A stretch of DNA of 64,000 bases from an uncultured Candidatus Rokubacteria bacterium. Its GTDB lineage: Bacteria > Methylomirabilota > Methylomirabilia > Rokubacteriales > DASRDR01. Below are positions 19,667 to 29,123 of the stretch, in pieces. A program made the translations under genes and the position numbers. The notes under the pieces are model-generated. The model did no database searches, was not told the origin of the DNA, and saw nothing but the letters and a program-made list of their open reading frames with translations. Each line of letters opens with the position of its first letter. Position 1 is the stretch's first letter. Location: NCBI GenBank assembly GCA_963826115.1, contig CAWGVS010000012.1, positions 224,001 to 288,000 on the forward strand. Reading direction: 5' to 3'.

Positions 19667-20113
19667 ATGCGATCCACGTGGCGCGGCACCCGCGGGGGTG
19701 GCGGCACGGCCCTCCTGCTCGCGCTGGTCCTCGCCGCCCCCGTCCTGGCCCAGCAGCGAGCTGAAATCCGCGTGAAGGTCGTCGGGCTCCGATCCGATCA
19801 GGGCGAGCTCCGGTTCGCCCTGTACGACAAGAAGGCGACCTTCGCCACGAAGGACGGTCCCCTCGTGAGGGGCGCGCACCCGATCCGGAACGGGCGGTGC
19901 GAGTTCGTGATCCCGGACGTGCCGTACGGCAGCTACGCCGTCATCGTCGGCCACGACGTGAACCACGACGGCAAGATCGACGAGAACCCCTTCTCGTCGG
20001 AGCTCAAAGGCATCTCGAACTACACGGGCAAGATTCTCTGGTTTCCGGACTTCGACAAGGCGCGGTTCCCGGTCGACCGCCCGTCGGTCACGATCGAGAT
20101 CCGGGTCTACTAG
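19667..20113 (+). CDS. DUF2141 family protein with signal peptide
   Basis: V.GLRSDQG.L..ALY, DVPYGSYAV...HDVN.DGK, GISN, PDFDKA.F. Confidence 0.85.
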   Translation: MRSTWRGTRGGGGTALLLALVLAAPVLAQQRAEIRVKVVGLRSDQGELRFALYDKKATFATKDGPLVRGAHPIRNGRCEFVIPDVPYGSYAVIVGHDVNHDGKIDENPFSSELKGISNYTGKILWFPDFDKARFPVDRPSVTIEIRVY

Positions 20114-20219
20114 CTCGCGCGCGGGGCGGCCGGGCCGGCCGGCGCCCGGATGACGGGCCGAGTCGGCGATGCTAGGATCGGGCCGTCATTCGACCGCCCG
20201 CCCGCAGGAGGACGTGCCG

Positions 20220-21092
20220 ATGGCTCTTCGGTTCCGCCCGCTTCATCCCACGTTCGTCGCCGAGGTCAGCCCCGTCGACCTGCGTCAGGTCCACGACGCG
20301 GAGACGCTGGCGGAGATCCGGGGCGGCATGGACGCGTACGCGATCCTCGTCTTCCGGAACCAGCCGTTCACCGACGACGAGCAGCTCGCCTTCGCGCAGC
20401 GGCTGGACGGGCAGCTCCACACGAAGACGGGGACCGCCGCGCTCGGGCTGAACCGCCTCGGCAACGACGCCCTCGTCGACATCTCGAACCTGGATGCGCG
20501 GGGAGAGATCACGGCGTCGGACAACCGGCGGCGCGTCTACGCTCTCGGAAACCGGCTCTGGCACACCGACGCGTCCTTCCAGGACCCGGCGGGACGGTAC
20601 TCCATGCTGTCGGCCAAGGTGATCCCGCCGGTCGGCGCCGACACCGAGTACGCGGACATGCGGGGCGCCTACGACGCGCTGCCCCCCGAGACCAAGGCGC
20701 GCCTCGAGGGCCTGCGCGTCCACCACTCGATCGCGTACTCGCGCCAGACGCTCGGCTTCGAGTTCTCCCCGGATGAAGCGGGCCGGCTGGAGGGCGCGAT
20801 CCACCCGCTGGTGCGCGTCCTGCCGCGCTCGGGGCGCCGCTCGCTCTACCTCGCGTCCCACGCCTCGCGGATCGTCGACTGGCCGCTTCCCGAAGGCCGG
20901 CTCCTGCTCCGTGACCTCACCGAGCACGCGACGCAGCCCCAGTTCGTCTACCGGCACCACTGGGCCGTGGGCGACCTGGTGATCTGGGACAACCGGGCCA
21001 CCATGCACCGGGCGCGGCCGTTCGACGACATGACGCACCCGCGCGAGCTCCGCCGCGTCACGACGCTCGACGTCGAGCCCGCCGCGCGCTGA
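20220..21092 (+). CDS. TauD/TfdA family Fe(II)/2-oxoglutarate dioxygenase
   Basis: WHTDASF (HxD), HPLVR, DLVIWDNRATMHR; AGGAGG RBS. Confidence 0.92.
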   Translation: MALRFRPLHPTFVAEVSPVDLRQVHDAETLAEIRGGMDAYAILVFRNQPFTDDEQLAFAQRLDGQLHTKTGTAALGLNRLGNDALVDISNLDARGEITASDNRRRVYALGNRLWHTDASFQDPAGRYSMLSAKVIPPVGADTEYADMRGAYDALPPETKARLEGLRVHHSIAYSRQTLGFEFSPDEAGRLEGAIHPLVRVLPRSGRRSLYLASHASRIVDWPLPEGRLLLRDLTEHATQPQFVYRHHWAVGDLVIWDNRATMHRARPFDDMTHPRELRRVTTLDVEPAAR

Positions 21093-21124
21093 CCCGCGGC
21101 GCGCCGGGACCGGGCGCCCTGCGC

Positions 21125-22393
21125 CTAGCGGGTGAGGTAGGGGATGGTCATCGGCCCTTCGGGGAGCACGGCCACCGGCGCGTCGGACCCGACCTGCCGG
21201 AGCTCCTCGGCGAGGCGCGCCCCCACGTCGGCGACCGGCTCGACGTGCGCGCGGCGGAGCTCCTCCGCGGGCATCTCGCTGTAGAGCCCCGCCCGGGCCC
21301 GGACGAGGATCATCGCCAGCACCTGGGCCTCCCACTGGTCGAACATCGAGAAGCCCGGCGTCAGCACGGTGTCGAGGATCGCCTGCGGCGTCCGGTGCTC
21401 GACGAGCAGCTTCCGGAAGTTCCCGTGCGCCGGGAAGCCGTCGTTACAGCGGGCGGCCGTCAGGATGTACCCGCCGTCCTGGACCACCTGCGCCCCCGCC
21501 GACATCCCCTTCACCGTCTGGTAGAGGTTCTGGTCCAGCGGGTAGCCGCCGTTCGTCGTGACCACGATCGGGAACGCCCGGTCGCAGCCGACCATGGCGC
21601 TCTCGCGGGCGGCGGCGCAGCCCTCCTCGTGCGCCACGATCGGGTCCCCGCAGTAGAAGCCGGTGATCGCGCGGTCGCGGTTGAGGGTGATGTTGACGCA
21701 GAAGTCGAGCGGCAGGAGCGCGCCGTTTGTCCGGATCTGCGCCTGCGTCGGGTTGCCGTCGAGCACGCCCCAGGTCGACCGCGGGTCGGCGATGACCGCG
21801 GCCCGGTGGTAGTGCGTGATCGAGTCGATGTCCGCCAGCGCGGGGAAGATTCCCTTGTAGCCGCCGGAGAACCCGGCCATGAAGTGCGGCTCGATGAAAC
21901 CGACGACGATCCGGCGGTCCGCTTCCACGTACGCCCGGTTGAGGAAGACGGGACGGCCGTCCGGCGCCGCGCCGGCCGGCGCGAGCGCCGACGCGTCGTG
22001 GGCCGCGTGGTTGACGATGCGGTACGCCGCGGCCACCTCAGGCCCGACCATCCGCGCGAGCTCGGCCGGCGTGTTGGGCCGGTGCGAGCCCGTGCCGTTG
22101 ATGATGGTGACGCGCCGGGCCGGGACGTGGGCGAGCTCCGCGAAGAGCCACGGCAGGAGCCGGTCCGACGGCATGGGGCGCGTGATGTCCGGGATCACGA
22201 CCGCGACCCGGTCCTCCGGGCCGACGAGCTCCCGCAGCGGGCGCGTCCCGATCGGCCGGCGCACCGCGGCGCGGAAGGCGGCCGCCTCGTCGCGCAGCCC
22301 GGGCACGTAGCGAGGCTCGATCACGGTGAGGTCCGCCGCGTCGGTGTCGAAGGCGAGGCCGTCCGTGCCGTACTGGAGGCGCAGCCGCCGCAT
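21125..22393 (-). CDS. larA: Nickel-pincer-dependent lactate racemase family protein
   Basis: IPDITRP, GTGSHRP, GFIEPHFMAGFSGGYK, GGYPLDQNLYQTVKG. Confidence 0.88.
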   Translation of the reverse strand: MRRLRLQYGTDGLAFDTDAADLTVIEPRYVPGLRDEAAAFRAAVRRPIGTRPLRELVGPEDRVAVVIPDITRPMPSDRLLPWLFAELAHVPARRVTIINGTGSHRPNTPAELARMVGPEVAAAYRIVNHAAHDASALAPAGAAPDGRPVFLNRAYVEADRRIVVGFIEPHFMAGFSGGYKGIFPALADIDSITHYHRAAVIADPRSTWGVLDGNPTQAQIRTNGALLPLDFCVNITLNRDRAITGFYCGDPIVAHEEGCAAARESAMVGCDRAFPIVVTTNGGYPLDQNLYQTVKGMSAGAQVVQDGGYILTAARCNDGFPAHGNFRKLLVEHRTPQAILDTVLTPGFSMFDQWEAQVLAMILVRARAGLYSEMPAEELRRAHVEPVADVGARLAEELRQVGSDAPVAVLPEGPMTIPYLTR

Positions 22394-22459
22394 GGGCCGA
22401 TGATAGCGCACCCGGGGGCCCGGACGCCGCCGCGAGCCGCCATGCTAGAGTCGCCGCAC

Positions 22460-24829
22460 GTGCTCTCGTCATCGCGCCGGGACGCCGCGATCCGCCCCGC
22501 CCGCCGACGGACCGGGCGCCGCCGCTGGCTCGCGCCCGCGCTCGCCGCCCTGGCTCTGGTGGCCGGGTGCCAGCCCGCCGACCAGGCCACGAAGGCCCCG
22601 CCCGCCGCCGCCCCGACCTTCGTGGGGAGCGCGCAGTGCGCGACGTGTCATCCCGACCAGATGGCCGCCTTCCGCGAGTCGGACCACGCCCGTGCCATGC
22701 AGGCCGCCAGCGCCGAGACGGTCCTCGGCAACTTCGACCAGGCGACCGTCAGCCACCGGGGCGTCACGTCGACGTTCTTCCGCCGTGACGGGAAGTTCAT
22801 GGTCCGAACCGACGGGCCGGACGGCAAGCCCGGCGAGTTCGAGATCACCTACACCTTCGGCGTCAGGCCGCTCCAGCAGTACCTGGTCCCGCGCCCCGAC
22901 GGACGCCTCCAGGCGCTCGGGCTCGCGTGGGATGCGCGGCCGCGCGCCCAGGGCGGCCAGCGGTGGTTCTCGCTCTATCCCGACGTGACGCTGCGGGGCG
23001 GCGATCCGCTCCACTGGACCGGGCGCGACCAGACGTGGAACTTCCAGTGCGCCGAGTGCCACTCCACCGATCTCCGGAAGCGCTTCGATCTCACGAAGAA
23101 CCGCTACGACACCACCTGGGCGGAGCTGACGGTCTCCTGCGAGGAGTGTCACGGCCCCGGCTCCGCCCACGTCGCCTGGGCCCAGGCGCGGCCGGCCGGC
23201 GCCCCCCGCGCGGCGACGGGAACGACGGGCCTCGTCGCGCGCCTCGGCCGGGGCGACGGCGCCTGGGTCATGAAGGACCCTCAGCGCGGCATCGCCGAAT
23301 GGACGGGGCCGGCCCGGTCCTCGGCGGAGGTCGACGTATGCGCGCGCTGCCACGCGCGCCGCCGGCCGATCGTGGACCCGCACCCCTACGGGCGCCCGTT
23401 CCTCGACACCCACGTGCCGGCGCTCCTCGACGCGCGGCTCTACCACCCCGACGGGCAGATCCTCGGCGAGGTCTACGAGTGGGGCTCGTTCCTCCAGAGC
23501 CGCATGCACCGCGCGGGAGTCACCTGCTCCGACTGCCACGAGCCGCATCGCGGGACGCTCCGGGCGCCCGGCAACGCCGTCTGCGCCCAGTGCCACCTCC
23601 CGGCGAGGTTCGACGCGGCGGCGCACCATCACCACGCGCCGGGAACCGAGGCGGCCCAGTGCGTCAGCTGTCACATGCCCGCGCGCACGTACATGGTGGT
23701 GGACCCGCGCCGCGACCACAGTCTCCGGATCCCGCGGCCCGACCTGTCGGCGGCGCTCGGGACGCCGAACGCCTGCACGGGCTGTCACCGGGACCGCGCG
23801 CCGCAGTGGGCAGCCGACCGCATCGCCGCATGGGGCGGCGCGCCGCGCGCCGCCGGGACGGCCGTCGCCCGGACCCTCGATGCCGCGCGGCGCGGGGCGA
23901 GCGACGCCGCGCCCCAGCTGATCGCGCTCGCCAGCGACCGCGACCAGGCGGGGATCGTGCGCGCGACGGCGCTCGCGCACTTCCCGGACTTCGCGACGCC
24001 CGGCATGGCCGCGGTCGTCGAGGGCGCGCTCCGCGACGCGGATCCCGTGGTCCGCCTGGGGGCGGTCCGGGCCACCGACGCGCTCCCGCCGGAGCGGCGA
24101 GGCGCGCTCCTCGGGCCACTCCTCCGGGATCCGATCCGGGGCGTGCGGATCGCCGCGGCCCAGGGACTCGCGGGCGGGGGCCTCGCGGCGCTCCCCGTCG
24201 AGCAGCGCCCGGACTTCGATCGCGTCCTGGCGGAGCTCGTCCAGTCCGAGCTGGTCAACGCCGACCGGCCCGAGGCGCACATGAACCTTGCCAACCTCTA
24301 CGGGCGGATCGGGCGGCCCGCCGAGGCGGAGTCCGAGCTCCGGACGGCCCTGTGGCTCGACCCGTCGTTCGTCCCCGCGATGGTGAACCTCGCCGACCTC
24401 CTGCGCGCCGCGGGGCGCGACGCGGACGGCGAGCGGTTCCTCGAGCAGGCGCTCCGCGCGGCGCCGGACCACGCGGAGGCGCTCCACGCGCTCGGGCTCC
24501 TCCGCGTGCGGCAGAACCGGCTCCCCGACGCGGTCGACTTCCTCCGGCGGGCCGCCCGCGCGCGGCCGGACGTCCCGCGCTTCGCCTACGTGTACGCGGT
24601 CGCGCTCCACGACACCGGCCGGGCCGGCGACGCCATCGGGGTCCTGGAGAGCGCCCACCGCCAGCGCCCGGCGGACCGCGACGTCCTCGCGGCCCTCGCC
24701 ACGTACGTGGGCGAGCGCGGCGACACGAAGCGGGCGCTCGGGTACGCCGAGCAGCTCCTGGCCCTCGACCCGGCCGACGCCGCCGCGCAGCGGCTCGTCG
24801 AGACGCTCCGCCGCCGCGCCGGTGGCTAG
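22460..24829 (+). CDS. Octaheme c-type cytochrome lipoprotein with HEAT and TPR repeats
   Basis: Lipobox LVAGC; 8 CxxCH motifs (CATCH, CAECH, CEECH, CARCH, CSDCH, CAQCH, CVSCH, CTGCH); HEAT-like LRDADPVVRLGA; C-terminal TPRs; alternative ATG at 22442. Confidence 0.88.
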   Translation: MLSSSRRDAAIRPARRRTGRRRWLAPALAALALVAGCQPADQATKAPPAAAPTFVGSAQCATCHPDQMAAFRESDHARAMQAASAETVLGNFDQATVSHRGVTSTFFRRDGKFMVRTDGPDGKPGEFEITYTFGVRPLQQYLVPRPDGRLQALGLAWDARPRAQGGQRWFSLYPDVTLRGGDPLHWTGRDQTWNFQCAECHSTDLRKRFDLTKNRYDTTWAELTVSCEECHGPGSAHVAWAQARPAGAPRAATGTTGLVARLGRGDGAWVMKDPQRGIAEWTGPARSSAEVDVCARCHARRRPIVDPHPYGRPFLDTHVPALLDARLYHPDGQILGEVYEWGSFLQSRMHRAGVTCSDCHEPHRGTLRAPGNAVCAQCHLPARFDAAAHHHHAPGTEAAQCVSCHMPARTYMVVDPRRDHSLRIPRPDLSAALGTPNACTGCHRDRAPQWAADRIAAWGGAPRAAGTAVARTLDAARRGASDAAPQLIALASDRDQAGIVRATALAHFPDFATPGMAAVVEGALRDADPVVRLGAVRATDALPPERRGALLGPLLRDPIRGVRIAAAQGLAGGGLAALPVEQRPDFDRVLAELVQSELVNADRPEAHMNLANLYGRIGRPAEAESELRTALWLDPSFVPAMVNLADLLRAAGRDADGERFLEQALRAAPDHAEALHALGLLRVRQNRLPDAVDFLRRAARARPDVPRFAYVYAVALHDTGRAGDAIGVLESAHRQRPADRDVLAALATYVGERGDTKRALGYAEQLLALDPADAAAQRLVETLRRRAGG

Positions 24830-24886
24830 CCGGCCCGCGGGCGCGGCCTTCCCAGCCGCCGGACCCGTGCGCTAGGATTCGGCGTC

Positions 24887-25723
24887 ATGGCCGCGCCGCC
24901 GGGTCCGGACATCTCCGCCCGCGAGATCGAGCGCTATCACGCGGCCGCGCTGGAGCTCGCCGACGAGGCGCGGCGGATCGTCGGGCCCGCGGTCCAGCGC
25001 GGCCTCCAGGTCGAGACGAAGCGCGACCGCTCGCTGGTCACCGACGTGGACCGCGCGGTCGAGCGGTGCTGGCGCGACCGGCTCGAGCGCTGGTTCCCGG
25101 ACCACGGCGCGCTCGGCGAGGAGTATCCGCCCGCGCGCCCGACGAGCCCGTTCCAGTGGATCATGGACCCGATCGACGGAACCGAGGAGTTCGTCCACGG
25201 CATCCCGACGTTCGGGACCATGCTGGCCCTCCACCACCGCGGCGTGCCCCTGGTCGGGGTCATCGACCATCCGGCGCTCGACATCCGCGTGCACGCGGCG
25301 GTCGGCCTCGGCACTCACCGGAACAGCCGGCGGGTCCGCCTCGACGAGGCCCCGGCCGCGGCGCGGCCCGAGGACGTGCGGCTCGTGCTGAGCGCGCGGG
25401 TCAACTTCACCCGCCACGTCGACGAGGGGCCGCTCTTCGAAGCGCTCACCGAGACCTACCCGAATCACCGGATCTACCGGGCGGCCTACGCCCATACCGC
25501 CGCCGTCAGCGGGGCCGCCGACGCCATGGTGGACATGCACAACCAGGTGTGGGACCTCGCCCCGAGCCAGGTGCTCGCCGAGGAGGCCGGCGGCCGCTAC
25601 GTCGTCGTGCGCGACTTCGCGGCGCCCGAGGGCCGCATCCTGAGCGCCGTCTTCGGCCGCCCGGCGGTCGTGGACCGCGTGGTCGCCCTCTGCCGCGACC
25701 ACGGCGCGCGGGAGGCGCGCTAG
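24887..25723 (+). CDS. Inositol monophosphatase family protein (HisN-like)
   Basis: VTDVD, GEE, WIMDPIDGT, WDLA. Confidence 0.88.
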   Translation: MAAPPGPDISAREIERYHAAALELADEARRIVGPAVQRGLQVETKRDRSLVTDVDRAVERCWRDRLERWFPDHGALGEEYPPARPTSPFQWIMDPIDGTEEFVHGIPTFGTMLALHHRGVPLVGVIDHPALDIRVHAAVGLGTHRNSRRVRLDEAPAAARPEDVRLVLSARVNFTRHVDEGPLFEALTETYPNHRIYRAAYAHTAAVSGAADAMVDMHNQVWDLAPSQVLAEEAGGRYVVVRDFAAPEGRILSAVFGRPAVVDRVVALCRDHGAREAR

Positions 25724-25725
25724 CG

Positions 25726-26274
25726 ATGCGCCTCGCGAGCGCCGGGCGCCGGGCGGTGGCGGGCGGGAGCCTCCTCCTCGCCCTGTCGGGCTGTGTGCTC
25801 CCCCTGCCCGAGAGCGACGGCTCGTCGGCCTCGTCGTCCCCGTCGGTCTACCCGGGGGCCGGCAGCGGCTACACGAGCGTGTTCGGGGGCAACGAGCGTG
25901 TCGAGTACCGCGGCGAGCTCCCCTCCGGCACCTACACGGAGAGCTGCCGCGACATGCGGGTCGACCGCGACCGCCTCCGGCTCGAGGCGGAGTGCAAGCG
26001 GCGCGACGGGCGCTGGCGCGACACCCGGCTGGACCTCCGCGAGTGCGACCGGGGCATCCTGAACGTGGACGGCTGGCTCACGTGCCCCCGGCAGCAGACG
26101 GTGCGGCTGCCCGCCGGCAGCTACCGCGAGAGCTGCCGCGACTTCTCGGTGGAGAACCGCCGCCTCGAGGCGCGCTGCCGGAAGAAGAACGGCGAGTGGC
26201 GGGACACCGAGATCGACTTCTCGCGATGCAAGAACCCCATCCGGAACGACGACGGCCGCCTCGTCTGCGGCTGA
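25726..26274 (+). CDS. CVNH (cyanovirin-N homolog) lectin-like lipoprotein
   Basis: Lipobox LSGC; two repeats of GxYxxSC...L.A.C...G.W....D...C...I.N.DG.L.C. Confidence 0.8.
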   Translation: MRLASAGRRAVAGGSLLLALSGCVLPLPESDGSSASSSPSVYPGAGSGYTSVFGGNERVEYRGELPSGTYTESCRDMRVDRDRLRLEAECKRRDGRWRDTRLDLRECDRGILNVDGWLTCPRQQTVRLPAGSYRESCRDFSVENRRLEARCRKKNGEWRDTEIDFSRCKNPIRNDDGRLVCG

Positions 26275-26302
26275 CGTCCCGCCCCGCGCGAGCTGCCCGC
26301 GG

Positions 26303-26776
26303 CTACTGACAGTTCCCGACCCCCTGCCGGAACCGCGCGGGGATCGAGAAGGTCACCGTGAACGTCTTGGTGGCCCCCGGTTGCAGGAGATCCACGTTCT
26401 TCGTCACGGTCAGGTTGACCTGATTCGGTGGCCAGGGCCCCCATCGGATGTTGACGCACTGGCAGTTGAAGAGGCACGGCAGCACATCCAGCTCGGCCGG
26501 CAGCTCGAGCGGCGCCGTCGGCGGGACCAGCGGACCCGCGCCGAACAGTCCGTTCCGGATCTTCCGCCGCTCGGCGTTCGTGGGCGCGGGCACGATGTTC
26601 GTGATGTTGCCGGCGTTCGGCGGGGCCCACTGGAACTGCAGGCGGACGCAGGCGAAGACCTGACAGGAGAGCTGGACCTGAGCCGGCTGGCCGGTGACCG
26701 ACCCGATCGGGGCGGTGTCGCCCTCGCCCTTCCGTCGTCGTCCCCCACGTTCGCGCCGGGTCACCGGACCTCGCAT
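26303..26776 (-). CDS. Hypothetical protein (157 aa, Cys/Pro/Asn-rich)
   Basis: GGAGGAG RBS before ATG 26776; protein-like composition and GC3 bias. Confidence 0.7.
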   Translation of the reverse strand: MRGPVTRRERGGRRRKGEGDTAPIGSVTGQPAQVQLSCQVFACVRLQFQWAPPNAGNITNIVPAPTNAERRKIRNGLFGAGPLVPPTAPLELPAELDVLPCLFNCQCVNIRWGPWPPNQVNLTVTKNVDLLQPGATKTFTVTFSIPARFRQGVGNCQ

Positions 26777-26972
26777 GGGCTCCTCCGTGAACGGGCTCGG
26801 AGCGCGGCGCGGCCCTCGACGTCGCATGCCGGCCCACCGCGGCCCGATGATGGGGGCCGCCGACGGGCAGCGTCAAGGCCGCACGCCTCCCGCGGCCGCG
26901 CGCGGGGTAGAATCGCCCCCGGCGTCGCGCCGGGCCCACCGGCCGGCGGGCCACAGCGAACCGGGAGGGTCC

Positions 26973-28118
26973 ATGCGAGTCGGTCGCGTCGAGGCGTTCG
27001 CCGTCCGGTATCCCGAGCCGAACAACGACGGCAAGATCCGCGCGCTGACGCTCGTGCGCGTGGAGACCGACGACGGGCTCGTCGGCTGGGGCGAGGCCAT
27101 CACGGGCGGCCAGGAAACCTCGCTGGCGGTGGCCTTCGTCGTCGAGCGGCGCCTCGCTCCGCTCGTGGTGGGGAGCGACCCGCGCGACGTCGCGGGCGTC
27201 TGGAGCCGGCTGCGCGACGCAACCTTCTGGGACGGCAACGGCGGTCTCGTCACGTTCGGCATCAGCGCCGTCGACATGGCGCTCTGGGACATCGCGGGCA
27301 AGGCCGCGGGGGTCCCGCTCTACCGGCTCCTCGGCGGCAAGCGTCGCGATCGCGTCCCGGCCTGCGCCTCGACCATCTTCGCCACGAACGACCTCGACCG
27401 CGTCGCCCGCGAGTTCCGCGGCTTCGTCGCCGAGGGGTACCGCTACGTGAAGGGCGGCTGGGGCCACGACCTGTCCATCGCCTTCGGAAGCGACGAGCGG
27501 CGCGACCGCGCGATCGCCCGAACCGTGCGCGACGCCATCGGGCCCGACGTCGACATGATCGTGGACGTCGCCGCGCTCATGGGCTGGGACTCGAGCCACG
27601 CCATCCGGATGTGCCGGGCGATCGACGACGAGGTGCGTCTCTACTGGTTCGAGGACCCGCTGGTGGAGCAAGACCTCGACGGCTACCGGCGCCTCCACGC
27701 CGCGGTGGACACGCGCATCTGTACAGGCGAGAAGGGCTGGCACGCGGCGCACTACCGCGGCCTCATCGAGTCGGGCGCGGTCGACGTGATCATGATCGAT
27801 CCAGGCCGGGCGGAAGGCGTGACGGGGGCCTGGCGGGTCATCGAGATGGCGGCGGCCGCCGGGCTCGCGTGGAACGCGCACTCCTGGAGCAGCGCGCTCA
27901 ACACGGCGGCGTCCCTCCACCTGGCGGTCGCGGCGTCCAACACGCTTCTCTTCGAGCTGAAGCCGGTGCCGTCGCCCATGCAGCACGAGCTCGTCACGAA
28001 TCCCATCGGGCACGTGGACGGCTGGGTGGCCGCGCCCGAGCGTCCGGGCCTCGGCGTCACCGTGGACGAGGCGGCGGTGCGCCGGTACCGGTTCCGCGAG
28101 GACGCGCTGGGCCGATGA
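26973..28118 (+). CDS. Mandelate racemase/muconate lactonizing enzyme family (enolase superfamily)
   Basis: ETDDGLVGWGE, SAVDMALWDIAGK, WFEDP, TGE, HSW; GGAGG RBS. Confidence 0.92.
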   Translation: MRVGRVEAFAVRYPEPNNDGKIRALTLVRVETDDGLVGWGEAITGGQETSLAVAFVVERRLAPLVVGSDPRDVAGVWSRLRDATFWDGNGGLVTFGISAVDMALWDIAGKAAGVPLYRLLGGKRRDRVPACASTIFATNDLDRVAREFRGFVAEGYRYVKGGWGHDLSIAFGSDERRDRAIARTVRDAIGPDVDMIVDVAALMGWDSSHAIRMCRAIDDEVRLYWFEDPLVEQDLDGYRRLHAAVDTRICTGEKGWHAAHYRGLIESGAVDVIMIDPGRAEGVTGAWRVIEMAAAAGLAWNAHSWSSALNTAASLHLAVAASNTLLFELKPVPSPMQHELVTNPIGHVDGWVAAPERPGLGVTVDEAAVRRYRFREDALGR

Positions 28119-28228
28119 GCAGCGCCGGGCCGGGCGGGCCGACCGGACCGCCCACGGCAGAGTAGAATGGCCCCGGCGTCGGACCGGATGGGCGCGGCGT
28201 CATCCGGCGACTCCGAGGAGGAGCGGCC

Positions 28229-29104
28229 ATGGCGAAGTTCGTGATCGAGCCTCACTTCCGGCTCCAGGAGTGGGTGGCCGAGGAGAAGGGTTACTTCGCC
28301 GCCGAGGGGCTCGACTACGTCTTCCGGGAGCTGGTCCAGTCCACGGACGGCCAGATTCACAATCGCGGCGACCGGATCGGCGCGTACCAGTCGCTCGAGG
28401 CGGGCCGGGCGGCCGACGTGAGCTGCGCCTGTCACTGGACGGTCGGTGTCGCCGCCGCCGCCGGTCACGGCAAGCTCTACCCGGAGGCCTACTCCGTGGC
28501 GCCGGCGGGCATCTTCGTCCCCGCCGACTCGCCGGTGCGGAGCCCGGAGCAGCTGGCGGGGGTCCCGATCTCCGTCGGCTACCAGTCGGGCAGCCACTAC
28601 TCGACGATCCAGGCGCTCGAGCCGTACCTCCGCCTCGACCAGCTCCACCTGTCCTTCAACGACGGCATGCTCTTCCGCCGCATGGAGCTCCTCGTCGAGG
28701 GCCAGTCGCCGGCGGCCGCGCTCTTCAGCGGCCCGTACTACTTCGCCGAGCAGCTCGGCTTCCGCAAGATCATCGACACCACGTTCATGATCACGACGAT
28801 GATCCACGGGGAGCCAGACCCCGAGGACGTGCGGCGGTTCTTCCGGGCCCTCCAGCGGGCGCAGCGCGACATCGACGTGCGGCCTGACCTTTACACGCAC
28901 TACTACCGCAAGGAGTTCCCGGTCCGCTTCCACCCGCTCATGGACACGCGGCGGTGGGGTCCGGGCGAGCGGATCGTGTTCGAGCCCTACACCAAGGACG
29001 TCTTCGACCGGACGGTCCAGTGGATCGCCGAGCACGGCATCTTCGCCCCCGGCAGCATGGGCTCGTGCGACTACGAGCAGTCCATCGCGGGCCCGGCGCG
29101 GTAG
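28229..29104 (+). CDS. NMT1/TauA-like binding-protein-fold protein lacking a signal peptide
   Basis: VAEEKGYFAAEGLD, DSPVRSPEQLAG, GSGSH; GAGGAGGAG RBS. Confidence 0.75.
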   Translation: MAKFVIEPHFRLQEWVAEEKGYFAAEGLDYVFRELVQSTDGQIHNRGDRIGAYQSLEAGRAADVSCACHWTVGVAAAAGHGKLYPEAYSVAPAGIFVPADSPVRSPEQLAGVPISVGYQSGSHYSTIQALEPYLRLDQLHLSFNDGMLFRRMELLVEGQSPAAALFSGPYYFAEQLGFRKIIDTTFMITTMIHGEPDPEDVRRFFRALQRAQRDIDVRPDLYTHYYRKEFPVRFHPLMDTRRWGPGERIVFEPYTKDVFDRTVQWIAEHGIFAPGSMGSCDYEQSIAGPAR

Positions 29105-29123
29105 CCCGCCGGCGGAGGCGCGC

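Noticed and set aside
13745-19966. Apparent giant fusion ORFs (742, 812, 1210 and 951 aa)
   Set aside because: The N-terminal parts are off-frame readings of the upstream genes; true starts lie at the ATGA overlaps.
21245-26274. ORFs of 1194 aa and 1115 aa
   Set aside because: Extensions run antisense to larA or off-frame through the cytochrome and IMPase genes; only 22460-24829 and 25726-26274 are protein-like.
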